From NCBI GenBank assembly GCA_964016885.1, contig OZ024745.1:49104001-49168000 (forward strand): 64,000 nucleotides of DNA, written 5' to 3'. Below, one piece after another: positions 13,545 through 27,944 of the stretch. Under the pieces are notes generated by a model. The model saw only the letters and a list, made by a program, of their open reading frames with translations, searched no databases and was not told the origin of the DNA. A program made the position numbers and the translations under genes. Numbering within the stretch: the first letter of the stretch is position 1; every line of letters starts with the position of its first letter. Source of the DNA: Eledone cirrhosa (lineage: Eukaryota).

Positions 13545-14830
13545 CACTTCAGGGTGTTTACAAGAGGTGTTATGCTTGTTATTTCTCTTTTAAAAGATCT
13601 GTCATAATCAGAGGAATCTGCATGTAATATTTTGACCCGATTGGAAAACTTTTCCTTTTTTTTTAATTCATACTTTGCCAAAACATAAAAAAAAAAAAAA
13701 AAAATGATATTATTGCTGAAATATTTGACATTGTTACAATATGGAGAAAATAATAAGTAATACTTTTTTTTAGACTTCCATGGAATTAATCTTATACATG
13801 AATTGACAAAAATCAAAGAGATTTTACATTTTTCCACCATTAGATTCAAGTCAAAGAATGTGAAATTGTTTTGTTGTATGTCAGATAAGTCAGTTTTTTC
13901 CCTAGGCTGCAATATAAATATTTTGTTATGTAACCTAGAGAAACCATTGTTATAAATGATTAAGAATCTATAATCAGGGAACAATATTTATAGGTTCTGT
14001 CCTTTTCTATAGCTTTAGATGTAATGTTCACATTTGATCAACTAACTTCCATAACAGAGTGTTACAATCGTTCCCTCCCACCGTCCATGAATAATAATAT
14101 CAAATACATTGTTTTATTCTGAAATGTTTCTGGATATTTGTTAATACAACATAACAAGTGCTTTAAGACCATTTTCACTTCTAAAGCATGGGTTAACCAT
14201 GTAGGTTCCATGACATGGGTTTTTTGGGGGGTGTTTTTGAGGTAAGGGTTTACAGCCAGATGTCTTTTCTGGTACCAATCCTTTTAGTCACCCCATACAA
14301 CATTCAGGGATTTGTTAATATCATGTATTTTTCAAGGGAGGTAATTCTCAGATTAAATCTTTGGTATTTATACCAGAACAAACTTTTCTAAAAATTAACA
14401 TTGTATATCATTTTTGCTCAAAATGCTCTATAGCAAAGTTATATGTTGCGAACATTTTCATTGAACTGCTGATTGTTTAGGTTATATATTTTTTATTGGC
14501 ATAGCCGGACTGGCATTATCTTTATCATATCATACAACAGCTCCCTATTTTATTCATTTGTTATTTGATAGCTATCTACTGTTTTTTGATAGCAAATGTA
14601 TTCCATGTAGACGTACAAACCTATATGTTAAAAGGCTTGTCTACTTAATCATGAAATTTTTTTCATTCTTTTTTTTTTTTAAATTTACATACTTATACAT
14701 ACATTTTAAAGATTATATTTTATGGCCCTTCCTGTAACCAACCCTTTTAACCAACTTTTTATGATACACCTGGATACAGTATACTTATTTTAAACTGGAT
14801 TCAGCAGTCATACATAACTATATATATTAG

Positions 14831-15249
14831 ATTTTGGGAGTGTCATGATGCCAATAAAAACATGCACAAGTTGAGTGTCATCTTAGTTTATTATTAGTTG
14901 GTTAGATTAGTAACAGGATAGTTGTTTAATTACTAATTGTCATGTTTCAAAGCTTTTTCGTCACACATTCTGTGACCTCCTCAATGACTAATGTTGTTAC
15001 TGTATCTTCTCTCGAGAAGACAAGTTGAAGTAAAAAAAAAAAGTACAAAGAGAAGACACAGAGTAACAAGAATAGTCATTGAGGATGTCACAGAATGTCT
15101 AATGAAAGAACTTTGACATGACAATTAACAATTAAATAACCATTCGGTTAGTTACCAACAAATGGATTAGTTACCCAACTAATAATAAACTGAAGTGAAA
15201 CTTCACTGATGCATGTGTTTTTATTGGGCTAGCATGACCCTCCCAAAAT
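14831..15249. repeat. Degenerate foldback element with hammerhead-like motifs on both arms (14947-14988 -, 15075-15117 +)
   Basis: Arms attttgggag...ttctc and gagaag...ctcccaaaat are reverse complements; each arm reads gtca TTGAGGA-stem II-GAAA nnnc TT tga. Confidence 0.75.
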
Positions 15250-15392
15250 ATAACAGTATCTATTTCAACACATGATTTCACATCAAGAATTTTGCAAAAC
15301 AAATACAAAATGTATATACATATAGTGTATGTGATTCAGTGAAGGTGGAGGTACTTGTATCAGCACTCAATGCACAGGCAGAGTGTATAGAA

Positions 15393-15675
15393 TAAGAAAA
15401 ACAATGAAGTTTCATTTACATGTATTTATGTTTTTATTGTATATCAACCTGTAATGCACATTTCACAGAAGATTGGCTCAAAGTCACCCATGGAAATTAT
15501 GCACCTGACTCCAGTATTGATCTGTTCGTCCAGTCTGACACAAATTGATACTGGAGTCAGGTGCATAATTTCCATGGGTGACCTTGAGCCAATCCTCTGT
15601 GAAGAAATGTGCATTACAGGTTGATACACAATAAAAACATAAATACATGTAAGTGAAACTTTCGTCATTTTTCTT

Positions 15676-15679
<4 letters not shown>
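15393..15679. repeat. Foldback element (~130-bp arms) next to (TA)n
   Basis: cacccatggaaattatgcacctgactccagtat / atactggagtcaggtgcataatttccatgggtg and flanking sequence pair. Confidence 0.9.
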
Positions 15680-15716
<37 letters not shown>

Positions 15717-16136
15717 CATCATCATCATTATCACTGTTTAGTGTCTTATTTCCACACTTGCATGGCTTAAACAAGTAAACGAGTTGTCCCATTGTGTGAC
15801 AAGTCAGACCAGGTGACCATGTCTTGCTCATACAGTAATGTTTGTGGCTTGGTTTCTATGGCTGGATGCCCTTCTAACACCAACCACATTACAATGTGGA
15901 CTGAGTGCTTTTTATATATGTATATACACACATATGTATATATATATATATATATGTAGTAAAAATAACAGAGCAAAGGACTTGCGTATAATCCTGTAAT
16001 TAAATGAGCTCAAAGGAAATAGTTATCCTGGGCACTTTAAAATACAATATATAGAGGGGAAAGATACAGGAGAGTGTGTTTTTCATTACAGGAATTTCGA
16101 ACCACCAGCGTGAGAAGAATATATATATATGTATAC

Positions 16137-16167
<31 letters not shown>

Positions 16168-16299
16168 CATATAATTGTGTGTGCACATATAATTTGCTCC
16201 ACAGAGCACTTGTTTCCATGACTGAGAATGTCTTGGCCAAAGTTGTATTAAAATAACTGATTTAATCAATATGAAATAAACAGCACACCAGAGTGACAG

Positions 16300-16660
16300 T
16301 GTAACCTCTGCATGATCTTGATTACAAGGTACTTCAGGAGAAATGCAAGAGGCAACATTAAGTTCTGTTCATTGTATTTGTGGATCTGTTAAAAGCTGTT
16401 GATATGTTAAATTGGGAATTTCAGTGGAAAGTTCTCAGAAAATTTGGATACCTGTGAATCTCCTCCCATATTTGTGAATCTACTTTGCCATTTCTTCAGA
16501 TACATGTTGGCTTGAGGATGGTGGAAAAGAGTAACACTTGGGCCTCTCAAAGACATTTACATGTCCTGTCTGCAGCCAAAGCTGCACTTCAAGGATTAAG
16601 GTGCACAGTTGTCAAAGGATCTACAAATAATGAAGATGAAGATTATCAGATTTCGCCAGC
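16300..16660 (+). mobile_element. Decayed RTE-type LINE reverse transcriptase fragment
   Basis: Translates with stops to LQEKCK..LFIVFVDLLKAVD..W..LRKFG, the RT motif FVDLxKAFD. Confidence 0.65.
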
Positions 16661-18592
16661 AATCATTTAAGCATGCAAATTATATATATACATGAATGTA
16701 CATTTTTCTTTTTCCTCATCTGTAAATCTTCTGCAGTCACTGCCAATATATCACCCAATATTTACAAATCTCTCATATAGTCTTTCAGATGCCAGAGAAA
16801 AGCTCCTTGTTATCAACAGATGTAGCAATTCTCTGAACTAATTCCATCCACTTAAAAAAACTCTGCTCATGCTGCTGTCATTAACCCCCAACTCTCAAGA
16901 TTATGTCACATAGGCAACAGAAGATATTTACTATATACATTTACCTGTTAGTAACAATCAGCTAATATGTATGATCTATTTTTCTGACAGTTTGATAGAG
17001 TTTTCACTATATTTTATGTGTGTCTATTGTTTGTAATGTTCAAGATCCTGCTTACTCTTTATACTAGAGAAACATGTTACAGCTAGATATTTCTGAAGGA
17101 ATTTGTTTTAACTCACTTGAGACTACACATTCAAAACTTCATATTTAAATTGAAATTTTTATCAAAATCTTAACATGAATGATATAAGAGTCCAACCAAC
17201 ACCAGCATGGAAGAATAGGTGTTAAATGATAATGATGACATTTGGTTTTAGTTTGTCAACACCAACATAATATATACCAAAATATTAAGTTACAGATATT
17301 TTACTGAAATACTTAAAAAAATGTTGTTATATTGAAAATTAATTGAAATCCAGGTAGTTTACTTATTAGAAATATATTAATTGAATGGCAAAGAAACAGT
17401 AGCCATATATTGTGAATCTGAACAAATTTAATGCTATAAATTCTCTGACTATTGATGATGCAATCATTTAAAAATGAAATCAGTATTGGCAGCATTTTAA
17501 AGTTAATTAGCCCATATTTTATAACATTACCAAGGATTGGAAAGAAATCAAGAGGGATTTAGTAATATAACTAACTTTTTCCTTTTTTAGCTGGAGCTTG
17601 GAATATAATTTAACAACAGTTCTTTCTTATATAAAATTATGTTGAAAGATGTTTAGATAAATATAATCATTTTAAACAAACAGTTTTGTATCATAAAATC
17701 AGAGGTGGTTTCAAGCAGTTTGGTACCAGAAGGTTAACCTGTATATATTCAAATATAAACTGAGCCCTACTATTTTATGTCTGGGAAATGGGCAAAAATT
17801 CAAACCCCATTGATAAGCCAAGGCAACTAAACACCACATGGCTCAGTTTTGAAATTCTCACGAGTGGAGATAATATTTACAAAGTTTTATTATTTTGATA
17901 TTTAAAATGTTTTAAGTGTCCTTTTTAGAAAATTTTATTTCTTTATAATTAGAAAATAAAAATGCATGAGTAAATTCTAAATTACCGTAATATAATATAA
18001 AGAAATGGAGATATATTTTTTGTTTAAAGTATTATTTAAAAAAAAAAAAAGATTTTCTTTAACTAGGCAGAGATCGAAGTGTACAGGGAATAGTTGAAAG
18101 AGATCAACTAAGAGAACACTGTATAAAGATTCAGAGTAGAAGTGAGAGGAAAAGACAGCAAGTGAGTAAGGAGAGGCAGAGTGAGACAAAGAGAGGGCGA
18201 GAGAGCATGTGAAATAAAACAAAACAAGATTGAAAGAAAAACTATAATTAAGCCACTAAGAAAAAGAGTTGGTGTATGTGTGTGCGTGCATGTGTGTGTA
18301 GGGAATATTTATGTATTAAAAAGTTCAAATGATAAAAATTTGTTGGGAATCTTCTTAAGGCACTGCACAAATAAAACCTATGATGATATAGTAAATGTAG
18401 AAAAATGTAGGAAAATGGTGAAAATCATCTAAATATTGACTCCGAATATGTCAACTTCCTATTTTACCATACATTTTTTGGCCACATATTTCTTGGCTTA
18501 TATTCGAATGTATACAGTAAATTGTCTGAACTGGTAATGTATTCAGTGCATTCTCTCTCTCTCAGACACACATCAAATTCAACATAGAAATA

Positions 18593-18642
18593 GCTTCTAC
18601 AGGACTAGAACTGTTTCATTTGAAAGAAATCATCAGGAAAGC
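18593..18642 (-). ncRNA. Type I hammerhead-like motif, family A
   Basis: Minus strand: gctttc CTGATGA tttctttcaaat GAAA cag ttctagtc ctg TA gaagc. Confidence 0.6.
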
Positions 18643-21600
18643 CCTGTGGCTACCCCCTCATTGAACTCCACACACATATGAATATATACCTACATACATA
18701 CATATATATCATCATCATTTAACATCTGTTTTCCCTGCTAGCAAGGGTTGGATGGTTCATCACACTAAGTCAGTTCATGTTCAATATTACTGTGGCTTAT
18801 CTTGGTGTTGGACTTAATCTATTGCTTGGATTAACGCAACTACATGGCCTGGCCCTTAGGTGCTTTAAGCTGAGTTCACTTTGTGGCCAGCATTTGGGCC
18901 AAATGTCCAGTTTGAGGATATCTTCCTCCTACTCACTCATCAATATTTTAAGCCTTATCTCCCTGTTTAAACAGTGAAAAAATATATATTGGTGCAGCTT
19001 AAAGACTGGATAGGTAGTCAGTTATGTTGGCAGCAACAATGAAAGGTGTATGTGGAAAGACTTACTAGTTGGACAGAAGTGAACCAACTTCTATATATGT
19101 AGGATGCTAACAAAAGTAGATTTTAGAGATATTTCAAACTGATTAGAATGAATTGATCATTCATATGTACACTTCTGGCATTTACATAGATACACACACA
19201 CACACACTCTCTCCCTATCTTCCCCTCTCTCACCCCCATGTCTCTTCAGATATACATACAAACACACATGCTTACATACACATGCATATATAATGTTTGT
19301 TTGTATTAATTGTTAAAAGGTTGTAACAAATACAATTTAACAATACTATAGGGTGTGTGTGTGTCTATGCTGGTCTGTCTGTATATGAATGTTTGTGTAG
19401 ATACACATATGTGTTTTATGTGTAAAATACATAAAGAAAACATACAAACTATTTGTTCCATATAATTCATAATTTTACATTTACTTAATATTTTGCACCC
19501 ATATAATCACTCATGTCATACATTGTTTAAAACAACCAAATGCTCTGGTATTATCTAAGAGGCCTTACATTTTTTTGGTCACCAGGGTATTTTCTTTTTT
19601 TTAAATATTTGAAATTCTTTCCCTGTTTTATTATCAAACTGTTATCTATCTTGTAGCAAAAATGTGATATTAGTTGTATTTAAAGAAAAAGAATGTTGAT
19701 TTATATTTTTCCCTTCCCATTGCTGTCTCATGAAAGTTCTAATTCATTATATCAAAAGTTGTAAATTTATCAACCTTTGAAATTGGACTGATTAGCTTTT
19801 TGTTTCTTTTGTGAATTTATTTATAGTTGTTTTCTATTTTAAAAACAAAAAAATTGAAAATGACTTGTTACATTGAATTGCTGATATCAACCCTTTTATG
19901 CTGTTGTTAACATATGTTCTGTTTAATATTTTTGCTAAATCATGGTTATAAATGAAATTATCAACAAAATACCATATACTCATATTTTTACAGAAAAAGT
20001 TGTAACATAACATAACACCTTGAAAAACCAGCTTGCAACTTATCTACTGGATCTATTAAACCTGAATGTAAAATATATGATTAGAGGTGCATGCCTTATC
20101 TACCAATGTAACTTGTATACAGTATGTTTTAAGTCCTCTATGATGAGTTCGAATTTTATAATATTGATTGAAATATATCTATCTACACAAAAATCGAAAT
20201 TCCGATCATCAAGTACCTTATTCCTGGATGTGTACATAATCACAAACTAGGTTAAGAGCAGTATTACTCCTAGTTTAGAAGTAAATGTTCCTAGTTATGA
20301 TCTAGTTTTGGAGAATGTATTTAAAAAATAAAATGTATCCTCTAGCTTAGAAGCTTATCAGACTGGTGTTTATCTTGATTTCATTGGTGTTAAGTGATTG
20401 AAAGTACAAGACCCCACCATTAAATATGATATTAATCCATCACATGGTCAACTTTTGGTACTCATTTTTGTTATTATTATTAAGCTGGTGTTTGGAACAC
20501 AACTTAACAAATGTTTGTACATAGAATTTCGATGGAAGGTTTTGTAGATAAATATAAATACTTTAAAATAAACATTTTTGTATCATAGAGCCAGGGGCAA
20601 TTACAATCAGTTTGGCATGTAAAGGTTTAATATCTTAAGCCCAGAGCAATGTCCAGTAAATATGTTACAGTGGTTTTTCATGCCAGATTTTTGTTTTCAT
20701 AAAACACAGACTTATGAGTATATTTGGCAGTTTTTGATGTTGTTTTTACAACATAATCTTCTTAATTCCCATTACTTTGCCATGTAACTCTAGTAAATTG
20801 TTCTATTTTCCCAATTTGATAACATTTCAAAAAGAAAGAAAAGTGTTATTAAATTTCACCTGAGGGAATAGAAAAAAGAAAGAGATTTCATAGGTAGCTC
20901 AACCCCAGCAATTTCTTGCCATCATAAATCAACTTTGTTTATTGTTAGATTTTGGTGGTTTGACCCCAATTTTAAATCTGCATATTATTAAGTTTGACTG
21001 ACATTTTCTTTATGGCTGCCAATGTTTTAAATATATGTCTATATCAACTTTAATTTGTCACCATTACAAATTATACTTGAGTCTTCTTTTGCATACAATT
21101 TATTGCTTCTAAATCATTAAATATTTCCCCACCCTATCATGGGGTAGTGTAGAAATTATATGCAAGTGTATTTTAAAATCAAATTTGTTCATGGTTACTT
21201 TTTAATGTTCAGTTGAAACAAAGTGCAAATATTTTTCTGTATAACCTTTATTCAACAGTTAGTTTAACTATTAAACATACCAGTAATAAATGGAAAAGCA
21301 TATGTAACATTAAACAGATTATGTATATTACCATTAATTTTATTCTCATATATGTAAAACAATAAATAATTGATTCTACTTTTGGCACAAAGCCAGCAAT
21401 TACTCAGTGTATTACTGGTACTTTATTTTATCGACCCCGTAAGGATGAAAGGCAAAGTTAACCTTTGTAAAAAAATAAATAATATTAGTTGATTGTTAGT
21501 ATCAATGTTTTCAAAATGTGAGTCGGTGGATTGTCAGAGGTGTTAGATCATTCAACAAAATGTTTTACTCTATTTAGTTATGACCTTTACATCCTGGTTC

Positions 21601-23067
21601 AAATCCAGCTAAGTTTGGTTTTACCTTTCATCCTTCCAGAAGTAATAAAATAGAATATAGTAAAATAGTGGATGCTCGAATTTATAGATTGCACCCTCTC
21701 CCATATTTCATAGCCTTTTGCCAATGTTAGAAAGCAATATAATTTCTTTCATTGACAAGTGCAGGCAACAACTCCAGGCTTTTTCCCTCCTTTTCAAAAG
21801 CTTTATTTAACTTGCCAAAGATTTGACAAGCAAATATCTATGTAAGTATACTAAATCATATACTTGTAGCATTGCTTGCTAGTTATGTTAACAAGCAAAA
21901 GACTGAGAATTCTGAAATCATATGTACCAATACAGGTTGGCCTTTTGAATTACAGTTTCAAATCATTAGAAGATAACATACTTCCAATAAATAAATAATT
22001 CTAAATTTAGGTACCAGGCCAATAGTTTTTTAAGGGAGAAGAAGTTGATTATATTAACCTCAGTACTTAACTGTACTTTATGTTATTGATCTCAGATGAA
22101 TGAATAGCAAAGTTGACTTCAGTGGGATTTGAGCTCAGTAAAGAATGGGAACAAATAGTGCTAAGCATTTGTCTGACTCACTAATGACTGCTAATCTGCC
22201 ACTTTCCAAAAAATAATAAATACTAAGAAATCAATGTATTAAATTATTATTTTGTATGTGTAATATACACTCACCTAATAAATACAATAGACTTGTTAAC
22301 ATTATTTTAATTTTAAGATTGTAGATTTATATCGCAGTGAAAAAAATATAATTAATTCTAAAAAATTATATTCATCCTAAAAAGACACTATTTTAGGTAA
22401 TTCAAAATTTTTAAATGTAAAAATTGTATTTTTCTTTTCTTATGTAGTGATACCTTTTGTAAGAAACCTATTTTTCGAGGAATATGATAAAAAAATGCTA
22501 TTTTCGTATATTTTGTTAACCTAACTGATGATTGGTGTGTTATTTTGATTTTCACTTTTAAACAATGCTGAAATTGCTACCTTGAATCCCATTTCTTTGA
22601 ATAAAGAATACATTTTATGGGCTGCTTAAATTCATAAAAAAGTTTGTTTTTAAGCTTCTAAATCATAAAATTAAAAAAATTTACCCATAAAAGTTTCATG
22701 GGTTTGATGTAGTTCTCATATTCCTTTAAATATTTTGGACCTAAATTTTTCAGAATTAATGTAAGAAATGCATGCTATTTTATTAAGTTTGTGTTTAACT
22801 GTAGAAGATTGCATTTAACTCTTGAAAGGTACACAGTAAATAATAATTATTTTGATAAATATTTATTTTGTGCTCTATTATGCTTAAAATTTATCATTAG
22901 TTTAAACATTGCATGCATTATTTGATTAAATATGAACTGTCTTTTATATGTTTCTGATTTGAGCATGTTTATCTAGTGACTTGTTCTTAGAGTGTTTTGG
23001 ATACAGCTATATTTTCTTTTGTTTTATTTTGGAACAACACTATATATATATATATACACATGATAAA

Positions 23068-23126
23068 TTGTTGACTAAACATTTTCTGATACATTGTAAA
23101 TGTATCAGAAAATGTTTAGTCAACAA
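23068..23126. repeat. Perfect 28-bp-stem palindrome
   Basis: ttgttgactaaacattttctgatacatt-gta-aatgtatcagaaaatgtttagtcaacaa. Confidence 0.95.
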
Positions 23127-23355
23127 ATTTAATCTTTAGCTATGCCTAAAAAAATAAAATAAACTAAGGTGAATTCCTTCTAAAAGTGAATGTTAATTCT
23201 TATCACCTTCAATTTTTAATGAATGTTATTTCGGAATGTTAATTACCATATAATATGAAGAAATTTAAACTATAAAATTTTCCTATTGCAATAGCAGTAT
23301 AAAGATTCCCCTTACAGACAGGTTAATAAATAAATATAATAAATAAATAAATATA

Positions 23356-23394
<39 letters not shown>

Positions 23395-24251
23395 CATCTT
23401 GTAAACAATGAATATATGTGCTTCCCAATAATCTTCTTCATTCTTATTATGGGTATTTATGGTTTGTTGAAAACATGGCTGTTTGAAAGAGATTAATTAG
23501 TGTTTTATACAAATAAGTCGTGCAGCTAATTGACTTTTCGATTGTTACTGAAATGTGTGTCTGAATTTTACATTTAAAAAAAAAAAATGTATATATCTTG
23601 ATATTGACATTTATTTATTTTAATAAAATCTTTTTTCTGTAGTTACATTTACTGCCATTGATTTTGACGATGAGTATACAGTTGTTTGATTAACTGAATG
23701 CCAAGTTCCTACTTAAAATAAAAATGGTTGAGTATTTCACTGACATGCGAATTCTTAGTGTAATTCCCAAGTTGAATTAATATGATATAATATGTGACAA
23801 GGTTGGTCCTTTGAATTACAGGTACTATCAACTCGAGAGGCTTCTATATAGTTTTCATCTACCCAATTTCCATTAAAAGGCTTGGGTTGATCCAGGGCTA
23901 TGGTAAAGAATCTTGCCCAAGATACTAAACCGTAGGATCAAACCCAATGATTGTGAAGCAAACTTCTAAACCATTTGGTTCTGCCTGTGTCCATTCAGAG
24001 ACAAGCAATGATTGATTGCTTGAGTGAGACTAATTAATAGAATAAAGTTATGAGGTTTATAACATCTGAATGAAGATACTTCAGTGAAAAGATATTGGTA
24101 TTAAAATGGTGCTTTTTTTTGTTGTGGCACCAGCATTACCATATTACAGGGTAGATTGGGTCTTTTTCATCATGGCATATTCAACACCCAATAATATAAC
24201 ATCCCCTCCTCACACTGTCAATAACTTGCATTCTAATAATTGCCTCCTAAT

Positions 24252-25270
24252 AATTGTTTGGCACAAGGCTACCAATTACCCAGTGCATTACTGGGACTTT
24301 ATTTTATCGACCCCCGGAAGTATGAAAGGCAAAGTTAACCTCGACGGGATTTGAACTCAGACTGTAAAGGGACGTAACTATGCTAGAAAGCATGGCGTCC
24401 AAACCTCTACTAATACTGCTAATAATTGTTTCTACTTTTGGTGCAAAGCCAGCAATTACCCCAGTGCATTACTGGTAATTTATTTTATCAACCCTGTAAG
24501 GATGAAAGGCAAAGTTAACCTCAGCGGGATTTGAACTCAGAATGGAAAGGGCCGTAACTCTATGCATCAAAGCATGGCGTCCAACCCTCTATCGATACTG
24601 CCAATCCACCTGAAGACTGTTATCAGTTAATATTAACTTTCTACAACTAAAATAGGTGTAGAATATTTAATGAGAGGGAGAGAAGAAAAAAGACATTTCT
24701 TTTTTCAACTTTATATGGTTGCTTTTACAGCAGAAAATATCTAAATAATTGCTAATAATTGTTTCTACTTTTGGCACAAGGCCAGCAATTATCCCAGTGT
24801 CCTACTGGTACTTTATTTTATCGACCCCCCCCCCCCCCCCCCCGTAAGGATGAAAGGCTAAGTTAACCTCGGCGGGCTGATAGGGTTAGCAATTTTGGAG
24901 ATGGGGAAAGTGGATGAAATTGACTCCAGTGCATTACTGGGACTTTATTTCATCGACCCCATAAGGATGAAAGGCAAAGCTAACATTGACGTGATTTGAA
25001 CTCAGAGTTATGTCCCTTTACGTTCTATGCCGTGAAGCATAATGTCCGATGCTCTAACGATACTGCCAATTCACCTCCTAATAATTGTTTCTACTTTAGG
25101 CACAAGGCCAGCAATTACCCAGTACATTACTGGTACTTTATTTTATCGACCCCCGTAAGGATGAAAGGCAAAGTCAACCTCGGCGGGATTTGAACTCAGA
25201 TCGTAAAGGGACGTAACTATGCTGGAAAGCATGGCGTCCGACCCTCTACCGATACTGCCAATCCACCTCC
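24252..25270 (-). mobile_element. Cluster of about five head-to-tail SINE-A copies or fragments
   Basis: Repeated aattgtttctactt..ggcacaaggccagcaattaccc..ggatgaaaggcaaag..atttgaactcag..gatactgccaatcc blocks; one copy has a poly-C expansion at ~24825-24843. Confidence 0.85.
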
Positions 25271-26465
25271 TAATAATATAACACAACCCACACAGCAGAT
25301 ATTCTATTCCAGTGTTTCTCAAAGAAGGTGCAATAACAAAAATTTGGGATTCCACAAGATAAAGTGTCTTTTAATAAAATTACATTAAAAAGTCTATATT
25401 TTTTATTCGAATAAATTCTCTTTGAAAAAAAAAATGTTTCATTTAATGACTTATTAAAACGAGATTGGTGGTAATTTAGGAATTGCTTGTATAATACAGG
25501 TATGGGTTGTGTAATTTTTGGAAATTCATATAAAGGTTCACAATAACCACTAAAACACACAATACCAATTACACAGCTCATACTGCCCCCCCCCCCCCCC
25601 CACACACAGCAACTGCTCTAGTACATATTCTAAAGAACAAACAGATGAAACACTAAAATAACAACAGAAACAACAAAACAAATCCTACAACAAAGATAAA
25701 CTAATGTAGCATGCAAATGTAATTGTATACCTCTAAAAGGTAATGCTGCACATATCTCAGAAACATTGAGGTGCACTTGGTAGTGCAGTAAAAACTTGCA
25801 CAAAGCTGTTGAAAGTATGACTAATAATAATAATATTGATTTTTAATTTAGGCACAAGGCCAGCAATGTTAAGAGAAAAGATAGTTGACTAAATCAACAT
25901 TAATACTAGACTGGTACTTTATTTTATCCCTTCTGGAAAGATGAAAAACAAATTTAGTTGGCACAAATAGTGCAATGCAATTAATCTGATGCTCAAATGA
26001 TCTAAATACCATCAGTTATTTAAATCTGATGACACTTTACAATACATAATGATCATACAATGAATAAATGTGATGTTAAATATAATTTGAGCTTTAAAAG
26101 AAGAATAAGATTTTAGAAATTACTGACATATTTCAGACTTGACCTTGTTTAGAAAGTATTAACCTAATTTTGAGACTGTGTGTTGAAACTAAAGCAACTA
26201 CACCATGGAAGAGTTTTAGCCCTTCATTTTGTAAATTATGATATAAATGAAACATGAATGTAACAGTTTTTGTGGGCCTTTCGAATAGTTAAAATGACTC
26301 TCCCAGATGTAATTATTCAGTTATATTTTGAAAATATTTTATAATTTTATAATAATAATGAAATTATTGTGTACAGTGCTCAGGTGCACTACAAATCATT
26401 GCATTGTTCTGCTCAAGTAAAATAACCAATGATGTGGTTAAAAACAAATTAAAAGGAAAAAAATC

Positions 26466-26561
26466 TAACAATTACAGGACATAATACATTTTATAAATAA
26501 CAATTACAGGACATAATACATTTTATAAATAACAATTACAGGACATAATACATTTTATAAA
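26466..26561 (+). repeat. 32-bp tandem triplication
   Basis: taacaattacaggacataatacattttataaa x3. Confidence 0.95.
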
Positions 26562-27203
26562 TGGTTTGTAATTATTGCATAAAGAACATTTTTTTTGTTT
26601 AAAAATTCAATATAATGAAGCATTTTCATTATTGTTTCTTTTTTTTTTATAGTTTACTTTGAATAGGCATTTTTTCTATAATTAAAATTGTATTGGAATG
26701 TTGGTTGTAGTTGTTATTTAGACCAAAGTCAATTTTAGTCAAGCAGAATTATAATCAAAGGCAATCCAACTATGACTATCCCATCAGTTTAGAAATAGGA
26801 CTACATTATTTAGTAAGTACTTTTCTCCTTCAAGATAGAAGTAGGATCCCCTTGAAGTGGGGTGGCTGTTGCAGCAGGTGTTGCTGGCCATTCTCAATGA
26901 CAATACCTTTGCCATTTTGTCTGTTCTGATACAAAAAAAAAATCAACTATTTATTTGACTGTAAAGAAATGAACTACAACCAGTTGTGCATGTTTTAATA
27001 TAATTTTACTTCAAGTTTCAACACACACACACATATAGTTATACATACAAACACACACACATATATTAAGACTCACTATTTAGCCTTAACAGAGAGAATA
27101 TATATATATATATATATAGTAATAATAATAAAATTGAAGACTAAAATCCAAAGAGGGCTCGATAAGGAAAATATATATCAAATATATAAGAACCGTAGAG
27201 CAA

Positions 27204-27302
27204 ATATTTATTAAAATAACAGATTAAAGTTTAAGCAAATCCCGTTAAGGGTGAAAGCAGCGATTCTTTGCTTAAACTTTAATCTGTTATTTTAATAAAT
27301 AT
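27204..27302. repeat. Short foldback next to (TA)n
   Basis: ~35-bp arms around loop tcccgttaagggtgaaagcagcgattc; loop plus right arm recur at ~38067-38140. Confidence 0.85.
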
Positions 27303-27799
27303 ATATATATATATATATAGTTAATAGCTTGTTAAATCATTGAAATTTTGTTCAAATCCATGTCAAATATATACACATAATCAGAAGAATTTGAACACAT
27401 CATTGTTTTAGATTTTAATTATATATGAATTTTAATTAAAAGAAGAATATTTTATGATATTACTTATTTGCCATGTTTTGTAGGCATTTTTATGAAGCAT
27501 TTTTTAATGAAAATTAATTCTTTTAATACCAAACTTCCTTAAAATGCCCCCTGGTTCTACAAAACAAAACTGTTTGTTTTAAACTGTTTATATTTATCTA
27601 AAAACCATCCATCATAAGTTTTTTTAAAAGAAATTTTGTTATGTTATGCTCCAAACACCAACATAATATTGAGAAAGTTAGATATATTTCTAAATATCTC
27701 CAAATTCTTGATTATTTTCAAAATTATTTGAAAATCATGGGAAGAGTCTTTCATTAGAAATATGGTAATGAAAGGGTTATTTAAAAAATGGAAATGGTT

Positions 27800-27944
27800 T
27801 TAAGCAGTATGATTAAGCCAACATGGAGAGTGAAAAGTTTGCAAAACAATTTTTTCAGCTGACATGTATGTAACACACAATGCTGTAAATATCCCCATCA
27901 CGATTATCTCATAATTCAGCACACGGACATGAAGTGGAATGTAA
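27800..27944 (-). CDS. Aa_trans-family amino acid transporter, last coding exon
   Basis: tttcag acceptor, phase 2; YIPLHVRVLNYEIIVMGIFTALCVTYMS...PCWLNHTA*. Confidence 0.88.

Noticed and set aside
13541-13984. 147-aa minus-strand ORF
   Set aside because: AT-rich sequence antisense to the TRPA1 3' UTR, low complexity, no recognisable domain
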